A DNA stretch of 64,000 nucleotides from Eledone cirrhosa (lineage: Eukaryota). The notes beneath the pieces are model-generated. The model ran no database searches. It was not told the DNA's origin and saw only the letters and a list, made by a program, of their open reading frames with translations. How positions within the stretch are numbered: the stretch's first letter is position 1; each line of letters opens with the position of its first letter. The position numbers and the translations under genes are program-made. Positions 15,008 through 30,087 of the stretch are shown in pieces. The stretch is from the NCBI GenBank assembly GCA_964016885.1, contig OZ024754.1:44330001-44394000 (forward strand), in the 5' to 3' direction.

Positions 15008-15198
15008 ATAATTGTTTCTACTATTGGCACAAGGCCAGCAAATACCCAGTATATTACTGGTACTTTATGTTATCGACCCCCGTAAGGATGAAAGGCAAAG
15101 TTAACCTCGGCGGGATTTGAACTCAGACCATAAAGTCCCGTAACTCTTTGCTGCAAAAGCATGGCGTCCGACCCTCTACCGATACTACCAATCCACAA
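15008..15198 (-). mobile_element. SINE, dominant family, near full length
   Basis: Reverse complement of the 62628 element. Confidence 0.8.
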
Positions 15199-17807
15199 TG
15201 GGTCTTATATGTGATGGGAGTCATTATAGAAGGGAACAGGATGGGCTCCCTGGTATGTGGGGATAGTATTCCAGATATTTTGAGGAGTAACGAGTCTTGT
15301 GTTGACCGATAACAGCTTATAAACAGAAGCTAGTGATGACAGGTTGAAATATCACTGATTTCTTACCGACATCACTGCTATGTCTGACATTCCTACAACA
15401 ACAACACCACCACCACCACCACCAGTACCACCACCACCACCAGCACCAGCAACACCACCACCACCAACAACAGCACCAGCACCACCACCAGCACCAGCAA
15501 CACCACCACCACCAACAACAGCACCACCACCACCACCACCACCACCAGCAACAGCACCACCACCACTACACCACCACCAGCAACAGCACCACCACCACTA
15601 CACCACCACCACCACCACCACCACCACCACCAGCACCACCATGACCAACGACACTAAACCACTATCAGCATCACGAAACCAACATCACGAGCAGCAGCAC
15701 CAACACCACTATCACTATCACCACTACCACCACCACCACCACCACCACTACCACTACCCACCACCACTACCACCACACTACAACCACCATCACCACCACC
15801 ACCACACCACCACCACCACTCAAACCAACGACACTGTCACCAAAACTACCACTATAACCATTAACCCCCACTACCAAAAACTATCACCATCACCAAACCA
15901 ACACCACCACCACCCGCAGCCAAACCCATCACCCTAGCACCACCTCTAACACAGCTATTACCCCAACCCCCCTATATATATATACCCCCCCAAATATACA
16001 TCTGTGCTGGAACACACCCTTGTATAAACATGACCGCATGGAGATATCTATATATAAACACCGGCCAACATACATTACATAGCTATAGTGTTTAGTGTAC
16101 TAACTAATCTATAGATAGTACCACTAGAACCACATTAATCGTATATACATAGTATATACTATATATATACATAGTATATACTATATATATACATAGTATA
16201 TACTATATATATACATAGTATATACTATATATATACGTAGTAAAACTACACCTGATATCCCCCCCCCCTATACACACGCACACATGTATTTCATGATTCA
16301 TACACTGTTCATTTTCCTGACATTTGAACATTATTCTATGTACTTGCGGGGTCGATAAAATAAAGTACCAGTAATGTACTGTTTAATTGCTGGCCTTGTG
16401 CCAAAAGGAGAAACAATTATTCTATGTACTTTACATACACCTTTGATGAGTTGTAGTGCACCTGAGCCCTGTACACAATAATTTCATTATTATTATATAT
16501 ATATACGTAGTATTTATGTAATATATACGTTGTTGAAGAGGTTAGAGAATTGGATTCGCAATTGTGAGGTTGTGAGTTCGATTCCCAGACCGGGAAATGC
16601 GTTATGTCCTTGAGCAAGACACTTTATTTCACGTTGCTCCTTCTACCTGGAGTTGCGACCGATAGATAGTATTAGCAATTGGAAAGACGAACGGAAACAT
16701 TGTTTCCTCGGTCCGATTTGACCACCACACCACCACACTACCACCACCACCACCACCACCACACCTCCACACCACCACCACCACTACCACCTCCACACCA
16801 CCACAACCACCACCACTACCACCTCCACACCACCATCACCACCCCACTACAACCACCACCACCACCACCACCATAACCACCACCACCACCACCACACCAC
16901 CACACTACAACCACCACCACCACCACCACCACACTACCACCACCACTACCACCATAACAACCACCACCACCACCACCACACCACCACACTACAACCACCA
17001 CCACCACCATAACAACCACCACCACCACCATCACCACCACCACTACCACCTCCACACCACCACCACCACCACCACCGCACAAATAACGAATTTTTTAGCA
17101 AATATATAAAGAAAAAGCAAGTTAAAGACCAATTCCTAAGGGTAACTCTAACCCTAACCTTGGTCTCCTTACTAACCCTGCCCTTAGCCCTGCCCCTAAC
17201 CCTGCCCCCTAAACAGACACCCTACTGTTAACTTAACCTTTACCCTAATTGTAAGTCTCGTTTCTAAAGTTAAGCCCCGACAGTAGCAGGAATTTGACCC
17301 CCACAAACACATCTAAAATACTTTAATATATCAAATAGCGTATCTACCTACGACTGTCTGTATGTGTGTGTGTGTGCCATTGTGTGTGATTCTATAGATG
17401 TGTGTGTGTGCCATTGTGTGTGAGACTGTGTGTATGTATGTGTGTCATTGTACATACGACTGTGTGTATGCATGCGTGTCATTCTCTAGATGTGTGTGTG
17501 TGTGTTTATATGCATGTATGTGTTTATATAGCTTCCTATGAATGTGTTGGTAGGTGTTAATGTAAATCATTGTTTCTACTTTTGGTACAAGGCCAGAAAT
17601 TACTCCAGTGTATTACTGGTACTTTATTTTATCGACCCCGTAAGGATGAAAGGCAAAGTTAACCTCGGCGGGATTGTAAATAATTATACAGAGGGAGGCA
17701 TAGATAGAAGAGAGAGAGAGAGAGAGAGGGGGTGGGCAGACGGAGAAGGGGGGGGGGGCAGACAGAGAGATCGATGGATAGATAGATAGATGTCGATTCT
17801 TCGATCC

Positions 17808-17876
<69 letters not shown>

Positions 17877-18115
17877 TCATTATATACACACACCTATATA
17901 AGACAATAAACTGTAAGATAACGAGTTCGTGCGAGAATACATATATATATGTGTGTGTGTGTGTGTAAATATATATATATATATATATGTGTCTGTGTGT
18001 GTATATATATGTATGTATATGTATATATATATAATGGAAAAATTTGAACAGGGACAAAACAGAGAGGCAGTACAACGAATGTTTATTAATTTCACGTTCT
18101 GGAGAGTGGGGTGTT

Positions 18116-18145
<30 letters not shown>

Positions 18146-18152
<7 letters not shown>

Positions 18153-18290
18153 GTCCTTCATCAGTGATCTTCCAACTTTCATTGGTATTTCATCAGCGAT
18201 GAAATACCAATGAAAGTTGGAAGATAACTGATGAAGGACTAATTTTATTCATATGTAACCCATTTGCAACCACGCAGCTCTCCATTTTTT
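18146..18290. mobile_element. TA-embedded fold-back fragment, family D (probably Penelope-like)
   Basis: Inverted arms of ~48 bp with CTGATGA/GAAA remnants. Homolog on the minus strand at 917-1013. Confidence 0.45.
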
Positions 18291-18494
18291 GTGTATATAT
18301 ATGTATCTATGGAGATATATATATATATATAACGGAGGACATGTGGTAAGGAACCAGGTTGACCATAACGCACCAAAGTACTCAATACTTAGGGTAGTAG
18401 AGTGGGTAATAGGAACGAGTAGGACCCCGACGGCTGAGCTCAAGCCGTTTCCACGGCTAATTCTGGACTAAATGCCGTCGGGGTCCTACTCGTT

Positions 18495-18532
<38 letters not shown>

Positions 18533-19603
18533 CAACTTAGATGGAGTTTGGCCAGTATTGGCTTTGGTCATGCCTCAGTGGTGGTGATGGGGCGATGGTA
18601 GTGGATGTTAGGGGTGATGGTGGGACCCCCTCCCCCTACAACCACCGACGGTCCCCCCTCCCCTGCGCCCCACACACGAAATTATGATATAAATAACTTG
18701 TAATATTGAGATGTTTCCAGTGGGTGTGGTGATAGAAATTGTTGGATAACTGGTTAACTTCGTTCAGGTCATGTTAACATCTGTAGAGTTGGTGAGACTG
18801 TGAGGATGTAGAGTTTCTTCTAGTATGGTGGGATGGTAGCAGCAACTGTGTGTGTATGTGTTTATGTGTGTGTATGTGTGTATGTGTTTATGTGTGTGTA
18901 TGTATATGTATGTGTGTGTGTGTATATATGTGTGTGTTTATGTATGTGTGTGTATGTATATGTGTGTGTATGTATGTGTGTGTATGTATATGTCTGTGTG
19001 TATGTGTGTGTGTATATATGTGTGTGTTTACGTATGTGTGTGTGTGTATACATGTGTGTGTTTACGTATGTGTGTGTGTGTGTATATATGTGTGTGTTTA
19101 TGTGTGTGTGTGTGTGTATATATGTGTGTGTTTATGTGTGTGTGTGTGTGTGTATATGTGTGTGTTTATGTGTGTGTGTGTGTGTATACATGTGTGTGTT
19201 TACGTATGTGTGTGTGTGTATATATGTGTGTGTTTATGTGTGTGTGTACATGTTCAGCTAACTTCCAAACTACGCCAAACATTCAACTGAAGGAAATTTA
19301 ATCTGTAAAGAAATATATTGGTTTGTTAGGTAAAGTGGGAGAGTGAGGGGTGAGATAGGCATGGATAGAGAGAGAGGAGGAGAGTGAGGGGTGAGATAGG
19401 CATGGATAGAGAGAGAGGAGGAGAGTGAGGTGGGAGATAGGCTGGAAGGGGAGAGAGTGGGAGATAAGAAGAGAGTGTGAGAAAGAGGTGGAGAGAGAGA
19501 GAGAGTATGTGTGTGGGAAAGAGAGAGTGAAGAGAGATAGTGTGAGAAAGTTAGCTTTGCCTTCCATCCTGCCGGGGTCGATAAAATAAAATACCAGGAA
19601 CAA

Positions 19604-19890
19604 ACTGTCAATATCTACACACTGACTGTCAATCCAGTCAACATCTACACACTGTGTCTGTCACTTCAGTCAACATCTGGACTCTCACTGTTTCTGTCAA
19701 TCCAGTCAACATCTACACACTGTCTGTCAAACCGGTCAACATCTACACAGTGTCAGGCAACATCTACACACTGACTGTCAATCCAGTCAATATCTACACA
19801 CTGACTGTCAATCCAGTCAACATCTACACACTGACTGTCAATCCAGTCAACATCTACACACTGACTGTCAATCTTATCTGCATCTACACA
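19604..19890. repeat. ~30-bp minisatellite
   Basis: Unit ACTGTCAATCCAGTCAACATCTACACACTG. Confidence 0.85.
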
Positions 19891-20395
19891 CAGTCAACCC
19901 AGTCAACAACTACACACTGCGATTGTAAACCCTGTCAAAATCTTGTTTTTGTTTTTATCAAGGTTTTCATATTTCCTAAGAGTTTGTCGCAGTTTGTTTT
20001 GAACAATCCAGTTTCTAACTCCACCACTTTAGATTATCGAGGTCTGATCTTCAGGATGAAGTGCTGTTGGAATATGTTGCTGCCACTTTATACTAGACAA
20101 AGTTTATGTAACTGGTGTAGGCATTACAACTGGTGTAGACATCACAGTCTGGTTTTGAAATTCTAATTAGGTTCCTAGTTCTCCGAGTAAAGTACAAAGT
20201 TGTTAGTAGCTGCTGTATATTGTTTCTGTTTGTTTTAGGAACTTTACCATTCTCAAGAATCTGAGAGAAACTCATTCAAAGATATAGACAGATAAAACTA
20301 GGACAGTTGTGTATTCAATAAAACAGATACATACACCCACGCATATGTATGTGTGTGTGTGTGTATATATGTATTTATATGTATATATATGAATG

Positions 20396-20480
<85 letters not shown>

Positions 20481-20484
<4 letters not shown>

Positions 20485-20715
20485 AAGGTTAAACAAGGTT
20501 CAATGAATAAATCAAAGAATGAGTTTTACAATAGATTGGAAGCACTCAACAGATATGGTTTTCCGGGAATCTTAACCATCTACTAAGTCAGGGTATGTCG
20601 TGCATCATCTTATTTTATCTGATGAGGACGTACTGTTGAAGATAGCTCAGTACCTCTGAAATATGTATAATAAAATATACTTGATCACACGAATGTCTAT
20701 TTTTGTTAATATTAT

Positions 20716-20716
<1 letters not shown>
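20481..20716 (+). mobile_element. Penelope-like fragment, family C
   Basis: TA-flanked. A short open frame ([23 protein letters not shown]) precedes the hammerhead. Repeated at 30901. Confidence 0.62.
20611..20677 (+). ncRNA. Type I hammerhead ribozyme motif (family C)
   Basis: UAUUUUAU-CUGAUGA-GGACGUACUG(loop)CAGUACCUCU-GAA-AUAUGUAU-A^-AUAAAAUA. Stem II covaries with the 13345 copy. Confidence 0.82.
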
Positions 20717-20765
<49 letters not shown>

Positions 20766-21071
20766 GTGTATATATATATATATATATACATAGAGTTATG
20801 TGTGTATATCTCTGTATATGAAGCTAATGTAATAGATACGAATTTCACGAGAAAAGCTGGGCAGTAATATTGTTTGACGTCAAAACGGTTAGAGTGAATT
20901 TCTGGCAGGATTGTCTGGCTGGCTGTATACCTCCAGACAGGTGGTCACTACTACTACTACTACTACTACTAGTGTTACTGCTACCATCACTACTACTACT
21001 ACTACTACTAGTGTTACTGCTACCATCACTACTACTACTACTACTACTACTACTAGTGTTACTGCTACCAT

Positions 21072-21144
<73 letters not shown>

Positions 21145-21145
21145 A

Positions 21146-21180
<35 letters not shown>

Positions 21181-21767
21181 ACTACTACTGCTGCCGCTGC
21201 TGCTACTACTACTACTACTACTGTTACTACTACTACTACTGCTGCTGCTTCTGCTGCTGCTGCTACTACTACTACTACTACCCCCACCCCACCACCACCA
21301 CCACCACTACCACCACCACCACCACCACCACCATACCACTACAATCTATCCATCTGTCCATCTATGTCTCTCTATTGTCTGTATATCTATGTTTTCTGTC
21401 TTGTCTGATCTCTTTATCTATGTTGTCTGTCTCTCTATGTTGGGCTGTCTATTGATACTGGTTTGTCAATCTATCTATCTGTGTGTATCTGTGTGAATGT
21501 GTGTGTGTGTGTTAATGTGTGTGTGTGTGTGTGTGTGAATGTGTGTGGTGTGAATGTGTATGTGTGTGAATGTGTGTGTGTGTGAATGTGTGTGTGTGTG
21601 TGTGTGAATGTGTGTGTGTGAATGTGTGTGTGTGTGTGTAAATGTGTGTGTGTGTGAATGTGTGTGTGTGAATGTGTATCTGTGTGAATGTGTGTGTGTG
21701 AATGTGTGTGTGTGTGTGTAAATGTGTGTGTGTGTGAATGTGTGTGTTGTGATGTGTGTGTGTGTGA

Positions 21768-21804
<37 letters not shown>

Positions 21805-22524
21805 TGTGTGTGTGTGAATGTGTGTGCGTGTGTGTAATCTTTGATTTGAACTCAGAACACAGAGAACCAGAATCTTCTAAACCATTCTAACATCTTAATG
21901 ACTCTGCTACTTCACCACATAGCTAGTGGTTAATTATTTCTAATTTAGACACAAGGTCTGCAATTTGGGGGAAGAGGAAAGCTATTTTATCATCCCTAGT
22001 ATTAAACTGGTACTTTTATCGACTTCGGGAAGATAAAAGACAAAATTGACCGTAGCAGAATTTGACCTCAGACCGTAGAAAATCATTAACTAATATTACC
22101 GCAAAGCATTTCATTTGACGCTCTACCGATTCTGCCATTTCCTTGATTAATGAAAAGAATTTCCAAATAGGGAATTTTCCATCCTTTGCCCAGTTGAATG
22201 GGTACCAGTGACACAGTTTTAACAGTCCCTGCCAGTGCAACTGAAGTTCAAATATGAAGGAGGTGTATTAATAAGTGAGAACAGATGTCCATTTAATCAG
22301 TAAACCCCACTGTGTTAAGAAGGTACCAGCTAAACCACCCACCATCTGTTATGAATGAGTCCTTATTTTGAGAGGAATATTTGAAATTTTTCTTCTTTTT
22401 TTTCTTGTGTGTGTGTGTGTGTGTATGTGTGTGTGTGTGTGTATTGTGTGTGTGTGTGGGGGGGGGGGGCTTGAGTACTTTTACATTTAACCCCTCGTAT
22501 TGCTTTTCTACAACTATCTATCTA

Positions 22525-22559
<35 letters not shown>

Positions 22560-22809
22560 AAATGTCGTCGGCTGCGACGATCACTGTTGCAGTAGTTCGA
22601 TCAACATATGTAGGAAAGAGTTTTTGACGTTTCAGACATTAGTCCTTCATCGCAAGACAGTGTGTGAGGGAGAGAGAGAAAGAGATTAGAGAATGTTTGT
22701 GGGAGAGAATTAGAAATAGGAAAATGGACGAAAGTAAGAAAAGAATGAAAACGGGAAAAATGAAGACAGGAAGGAAACACGTGTTTAGTTAGTCAGCAAT
22801 TTTGGAAGG

Positions 22810-23390
<581 letters not shown>

Positions 23391-24358
23391 TCATAAGTGT
23401 GTGTGTGTGTATGTGTGTGTACGTTGGTGTGTGTGTGATTGCAGCAGGAAGTACATAAGCACACAGGAGATATGTATTAAAGGTAGAACAGGTAAAATAT
23501 AAATAAATAACGAGCGCCAGGTGGCAATCCATCGTACAATTCCATATGGCCGCCATTATTATATTTTTTCTATTTTCTGTTTCCTGGATATTTTATAAAC
23601 CTTATATTAATAAAGGCCTGCGTGGGTGTGGGTGTGGGGTGTGTGGGGCCGTTTGTGGCGTGTGTGTATCTATCTACATGTGTGTGTGTACGATGTTTCT
23701 AACAATTTCTCAATTTGTTCCATAAAGATAAGTCCGATTCCTCATCACGAAACAGCAACATCATTATAACAAGAACAACAATATATATATATATATATTA
23801 TATATATATAGTTGAGCGAGAGACTCCTAGTCTTCATTATAAAAACCTATGCTTAGTTTGCATCCAATGATGTAGACCAGTTCTTCTTTTGGGTAAATGC
23901 ATTCAATGTTCAGAGAGTGGGATTGGCTCCGTGCAAAGCCTTTCCTCACTTCAAAAAGATTCAAGCTCAGGCATCGCTTGATATGTGATATTGTTTGCAA
24001 TTCTCGGTATTGCTGGCCACAGGCAAGTCCCTAGCAGAAGGAAGAATCAGAAATTAGGAAGATTGAAGGGCCGTGCGGCGGGGCGGAAATATATATATAA
24101 TGAAAACTGATGCAGATACAAGTGTATATATATCGTTAATGTATTCTTTAGTGAGTCTGTGGTGGGGTGGATGATGATGGTCATGATGATCATGATGAGG
24201 GTGATGTTGATGGTTGGTGTTGGTGGTGAAGTGGGTGGTTTTTTAAAGACATACTATATATATCTTGCACGATATTATCTAATGTGTCCTTCTTTATTCT
24301 AGACGACATTTCGACTATTATTTCTAGGAAAGGTGGGCCACCACTAGATGAATTAGTT

Positions 24359-24539
24359 CAGAGGTTCTCAAAGTGGACACTACCGCAGCCCCAGGGGTCG
24401 TTCAAAAGATCCAGAGGGTGCTGGGACCCAAGGGGACAATTTGAGTGTAGGTAGGTCTCCCTGGAATTAGGGGTAGGGGTGCTGAGGGAATTACATGGGT
24501 GTGAGTGGGGGGGGGGTCCCAAGTGTTTAAGAACCTCTG
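24359..24539 (-). mobile_element. Shorter copy of the same hAT MITE
   Basis: TIRs CAGAGGTTCT / AGAACCTCTG, TSD AATTAGTT / ATTTAGTT, and a shared internal GACCTACCTACACTCAA motif. A related partial copy starts at ~63607. Confidence 0.75.
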
Positions 24540-25375
24540 ATTTAGTTCTAAAGACAGAAAGAAAGAAAGGAAGGAAAAGAAGAGAATAACAAACGAACAA
24601 AAGAAGAGGAAAGAGTGAATGATTGAATGTAGGAGATAAAGAGAGAAAGGAAGAAAGAGGTAAAGAAGAACAGAGGAAAGATGAAAGAAAATCAAAGGAA
24701 ATAAAGGAAGGGGAGTGAGGGAGAGGTGTGGCGGAGGGTTGTGGGGATGGATGTGGGGTTGGAAAGGGATGTGGGGAGGGTCTGGAGGAAGGGAGAGAGA
24801 ACAAAGGAAGGTATGCCATCGTTGGAGATTATCTAAGATGATTAAACACCCATCATTACCTAATTATCGGCGACGCCTTGTCTTGAAATTCCTCCATATT
24901 ACACACTGCCATACACCACACCACACCACACCACACCACACCACACACCACACCACACCACACACACTACCATACACCATACCACACACACCACCACAAC
25001 ACACATCACACTACACACACCAACACAACACACACCACACACAACCGTACACCATCACAACCACACACCAGACCACACACTACCACCGCCACTGCCACCA
25101 CACACCAGACCACACACTACCACCGCCACTGCCACCATCACCACTACCACTAATACCATCACTATCATCACTATTATCCTAACATCGACAATATCACGTC
25201 AGAATATTTATATTATATAATATTTATAATAAACATCAGACACAATTAAACTATCAACGTTGTTGTTTATTTACAAAAGATTCCAGCTTTTCAATATGGC
25301 GGAAACTTATCAACATCATGTCTCTTATATATATATTATATATATATTATATATATATATATTATATATATATAT

Positions 25376-25450
<75 letters not shown>

Positions 25451-25453
<3 letters not shown>

Positions 25454-25620
25454 TAGAACACTGGAAGGTAATATCCGTAGTGGTAGAGCACTCAGTCCAT
25501 GGGACGACTTTGGTAGAAGTGGTAACACAACAGTTAGTTCACCATACCGAGAACAATTGTTTCACCTTAGCGGAACTTCAGTTCGTACTCAGAGTACGAG
25601 CTGAAAATTCGCTAAGGTGA
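25451..25620 (-). mobile_element. Penelope-like fragment, family G
   Basis: Reverse-complement homolog of 59110-59258, TA-flanked, with a terminal fold-back. Confidence 0.55.
25547..25585 (-). ncRNA. Degenerate hammerhead motif (family G)
   Basis: Homologous to the 59121 motif, but the core reads CUGAAGU and stem I is weakened. Confidence 0.45.
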
Positions 25621-25930
25621 ATTATTCTTGATTACAGTGTCAATCTAGAATGTTCTAAAGAACATTTCCCAGCACGAGCACCAACGACTAGTGACGTAAA
25701 GGACCATAACTCTATGCTGCAAAGCATTTCGTCCGACGCTCTTCCGCTTCTGCCAATCGTCTTTAAGAGTAAAATATAACAGTAGAGATAAACCTGTCTA
25801 TTTCTTCGTCAGAGGATTTAAACAAGAAGCTGTGTAGCAAATTGTGTTTCTGTTTATGTACGACAGAAGCCGGAAGTTAGCGATATCTGCTAATGTCTCT
25901 TTGAGATATTTATATTCTTCACTTCTGAAT

Positions 25931-25991
<61 letters not shown>

Positions 25992-26303
25992 ACCTTTTCT
26001 TTTTTACTTCCATTAAGTGGATTGGCTAAATCGGTAAAGGGTCTGACGTCATGCTTTGCAGCAAACAGTTACGGCCCTTTATGGTCTGAGTTTAAATCCC
26101 GCCGAGGTTAACTTTGCCTTTCATCCTTACGGGGTCGATAAAATAAAGATCTACAAAGTATAAACAAGATCTTCCAATATCTGCTGACTACGAAATATTT
26201 AGTTCTTTATAGCAAACCTTGTTTTTCATTGATTCTTTTAATTTGCTTCTTTCGTCTTCTTTTTTTTCTCTTCTTTTTCTTTTCTTTTCTCATTTTCTCA
26301 CTG

Positions 26304-26388
<85 letters not shown>

Positions 26389-27909
26389 CTATCTCTATCT
26401 CTCTCACGTTTTTGTTCTTTAATTATAAAGGGTATTAGATACTCCGCTAGTCTGTCATGGCTTACTAATTCTCTATATGGTATATTGAATACCTTTCCCA
26501 GTCTGTCACGACTTACAAATAAATAAATAAATAAATATAATTGTTCTTTCTTTATCTCCTATCCATTCGACCTTTCTCGCGGCTTTTCTAGCTAATTATA
26601 AACAATTTAGGAAGGATATCAGAAACGAGGTCGGCAAGGGCGTGACTTTAAACATTAAAGTGAAAAAAATAAATCAGAAATGATAATATAAAGATCTAGT
26701 TCACCCACTTAACAGTAATATAAGCTAAACTGATGGAATTAAACCACATCTTGTAACCAGCGTTCCAAGAACGAATGTAAAAAGTATTCTTTATCTTTTA
26801 CTAACATTCTACTTCATTTCAAGTGTAAGCCTCGCACTATATGAAACGGTTCTTGATCGTATCTTTCGCCTTGGTCTGTCTTCTCCATCACCCCTCATAC
26901 ACACACCACATCAAACAACCTCAATGAATCTATTTCCTGTGTTTGTGTGGCCACTGAGGTCGTTCGACGATTCGGAAGTTCAACTCAATGGCTACCATAT
27001 GTAGTTGATTGTTGATAGAGTAGATAAAGTCAGTAAGGGGGAAGACCAAGCAAAGGAGTTTTACAACCCACCAGTTTGTTATTGTCATTGTTATTGTTGT
27101 TGCTGTTGTTACTGTTGTTGTTATTGTTATTGTTGTTGTTCTTTAGTCCTACTACAACATTATGCTTTATACAAATTTTACAATGGCGAAAGTGACAGTG
27201 TTGAAAATTATGTTTTTGTATAGCATTTCCGTTACTTTATATTTACTATTGTATTTTCGTAGTAAAAGCTTTATCTCACAAAATTATCTCACATAATATC
27301 GAAGCTATGAGATTTTGATATCATTTATTTTGAGAACAATACCTTAATGTAGGTATGAGTAGTCGGTTATGGCCAGTTTGAACAGAAAGAGGTGAGACAA
27401 TTCTGGCTGGATATGGCCGGTTTAAATTCTAAAGGGTTACTGATATCAAAAGCTCTATTAACAGAACAAATATTTTATTGCTGGGGCCACATCTCAAATC
27501 TCGTTTCTTCACGCCAAGATGAGACGGAGCCGTCTCAGTATTGGAGTTATTTTTAAACAAAATTTTCTCGACATCTTTTCCTCGTTACAGCTAAAATAAT
27601 AGAAGTTATATTCTTAATAGTTTCAACATCGGCTGTTTAACATTGCCACACATAAATATACCATAACCTAGATAAATATATATCTGTATATACATACAGA
27701 GTAGAGGTTGATAACCGAGACTTCATCATTCTAAAGACAGTTGTGATGCATGCATGCATATATGGCTGTTGTTGTTGTTGTTTAACGATATCTCAACCCT
27801 AATCCTGTAGAAATAGGATCAAATGCGTTCATTTGAAATATGACATTTCTAACGTGTTTTACTAAACACGTTAGTAGATAATCTTCCATAACATTATTTT
27901 TTACTTAAC

Positions 27910-28081
27910 CGGTAGAGAGTCGGACACCATGCTTTGAAGCATAGAGTTACGTCCCTTTATGATCTGAGTTCAAATTCCGCCGAGGTTAACTTTGCCTTTC
28001 ATCCTTACGGGGTCGATAAAATAAAGTACCAGTAATACACTGAGTAATTGCTGGCCTTGTGCCTAAAATAGAAACAATTAT
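27910..28081 (+). mobile_element. SINE, dominant family
   Basis: B box, central domain and 3' end are present. Confidence 0.8.
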
Positions 28082-28088
28082 TTTTTAC

Positions 28089-28360
28089 TTAACCCTTTAG
28101 CATTTAAACCGGCCACATCCAGCCAGAATTCTCTCGCCTCTTTCTGTTCAAACCAGCTGTAACTGGCCACTCATACTCATGTTAAGGTATTGTTCTCAAA
28201 ATAAATAATATCAACATCTCATTGATTCGATATTATCTGAGATAATTATGTTTATCATGAAAATATAATAGTAAATATAGAGTAATATGAATGGTAAAGG
28301 GTGAAATATGGAGAGTTTAAAACAAAAGATTTGTCATCATAGAATTGGGGCAGTTTAGGG
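28089..28360 (+). mobile_element. piggyBac-like (TTAA-CCCTTT) MITE, with an inverted homolog at ~27230-27439
   Basis: Begins TTAACCCTTTAGCATTTAAACCGGCC. The reverse-complement copy ends GGCCGGTTTAAATTCTAAAGGGTTA. Confidence 0.6.
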
Positions 28361-28697
28361 ACTACATCATCGGATGTATCTTGCCCCTTTTTTAAGACAG
28401 TAAGGTGTGATATCAGGGAGATTTGGTTGCCATTTTTAGCAGGTCAATGTGCCATTACGTAGAAGCTTTTGTTTGTGTAGATGTGTGTAAATGTGTGTGT
28501 ACGTATATGTACGTGTGTGTACGTGTGTGTTACTGTGTGTGTACGTGTGTGTTACTGTGTGTGTACGTGTGTGTACGTGTGCGTGCGCGTAAGTGCTAAG
28601 TGTTGTCCTACTCTGGTGTAACTGTGTAATTGTGTCAGACGTACACCACACACACGCACACACACACAGACACACGCACACACACACACACAGACAC

Positions 28698-28744
<47 letters not shown>

Positions 28745-28857
28745 GACACACACACACACACGCGATACTTAACACACTTTACACCACCTCCCCACCACCC
28801 CTATTGTCTGTACTTAAACACAGCCCTAAAATATTGACTCACTTTCTCTTAGATAAC

Positions 28858-28904
<47 letters not shown>

Positions 28905-28978
28905 TATACACACATGCGCACATTATATATATATACACATAGATAAAATATATACAAATCTGTACAATATATATATAG

Positions 28979-29013
<35 letters not shown>

Positions 29014-29028
29014 CATGAACATATATAT

Positions 29029-29143
<115 letters not shown>

Positions 29144-29754
29144 TTGGTGTATTCTTGTTTCGTTACTTAAATAATGCTAAATTAAATTTACATTTTCTTT
29201 TTCATTTGTATTTATGTATGCTGAATATAAAAAAAAAAAAATATATATAATATACAATATATACAAAATATAGAGTATACATACATATATAATATATACA
29301 ATATATACAAAATATAGGGTATACATACATATACAATATATACAAAATATAGGGTATACATACATATATAATATATATAGTATATACAAAATATAGGGTA
29401 TATATACATTAGGCAATTATGAGTTTATATAATTACTCTGGTAAATAGCTTGGAAGTAACGAAAGAATATATATAAAACAAACAAGAAAATACTTTATTG
29501 CGATATAAAAGCGTGATTCAGAGCAATTGAAACAAAAAATATCAAAGTGTCAGACGATTTCCGTTTAAACACATTAATGTGGCGGCTGGGGTGAGTAATG
29601 GCCGTCTTTTTGGTCGTCTGAGAACAAGATGACAATGTTTACTGATCACGTGATCATGTCTGTAACGTTATTATCTGTAATGTATGTATGGAACCGTAAC
29701 TCCTGATGTAGTCGTAAGACCGTTGTCGTGACATACTTTAAACCCGCGGTAATC

Positions 29755-30087
29755 GGTGGCGCGTCAGACACCAGGCTTTGCAGCATAGAGTTATGGCACT
29801 TTACTACCATGTAAGGCGATGGATTGGCAGTATCGGTAGATCGCCAGACACCAGGCTTTGCAGCATAGAGTTATGGCGCTTTACCGCCATGTAAGGCGAT
29901 GGATTGGCAGTATCGGTAGATCGTCAGACACCAGGCTTTGTAGCATAGAGTTATGGCACTTTACGTTCTGAGTTCAAATCCCGCTGAGATTAACTTTGCC
30001 TTTCATCCTTACGGGGTCGATAACATAAAGTACCAGTAATGTACTGCTTTTAATTGCTGGCCTTGTGCCCAAAGTAGAAACAATTAT
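29755..30087 (+). mobile_element. SINE with a tandemly repeated 5' head (~80-bp unit, ~2.5 copies)
   Basis: CAGACACCAGGCTTTG occurs three times before the B box and central domain. Confidence 0.8.

Noticed and set aside
15380-15937. 185-aa Pro/His/Thr ORF as an extra exon
   Set aside because: Low-complexity CAC/CAG repeat with no convincing acceptor or donor on the + strand.
17145-17250. Telomeric (CCCTAA)n
   Set aside because: Only a few degenerate units in an internal position; more likely part of a dispersed repeat.
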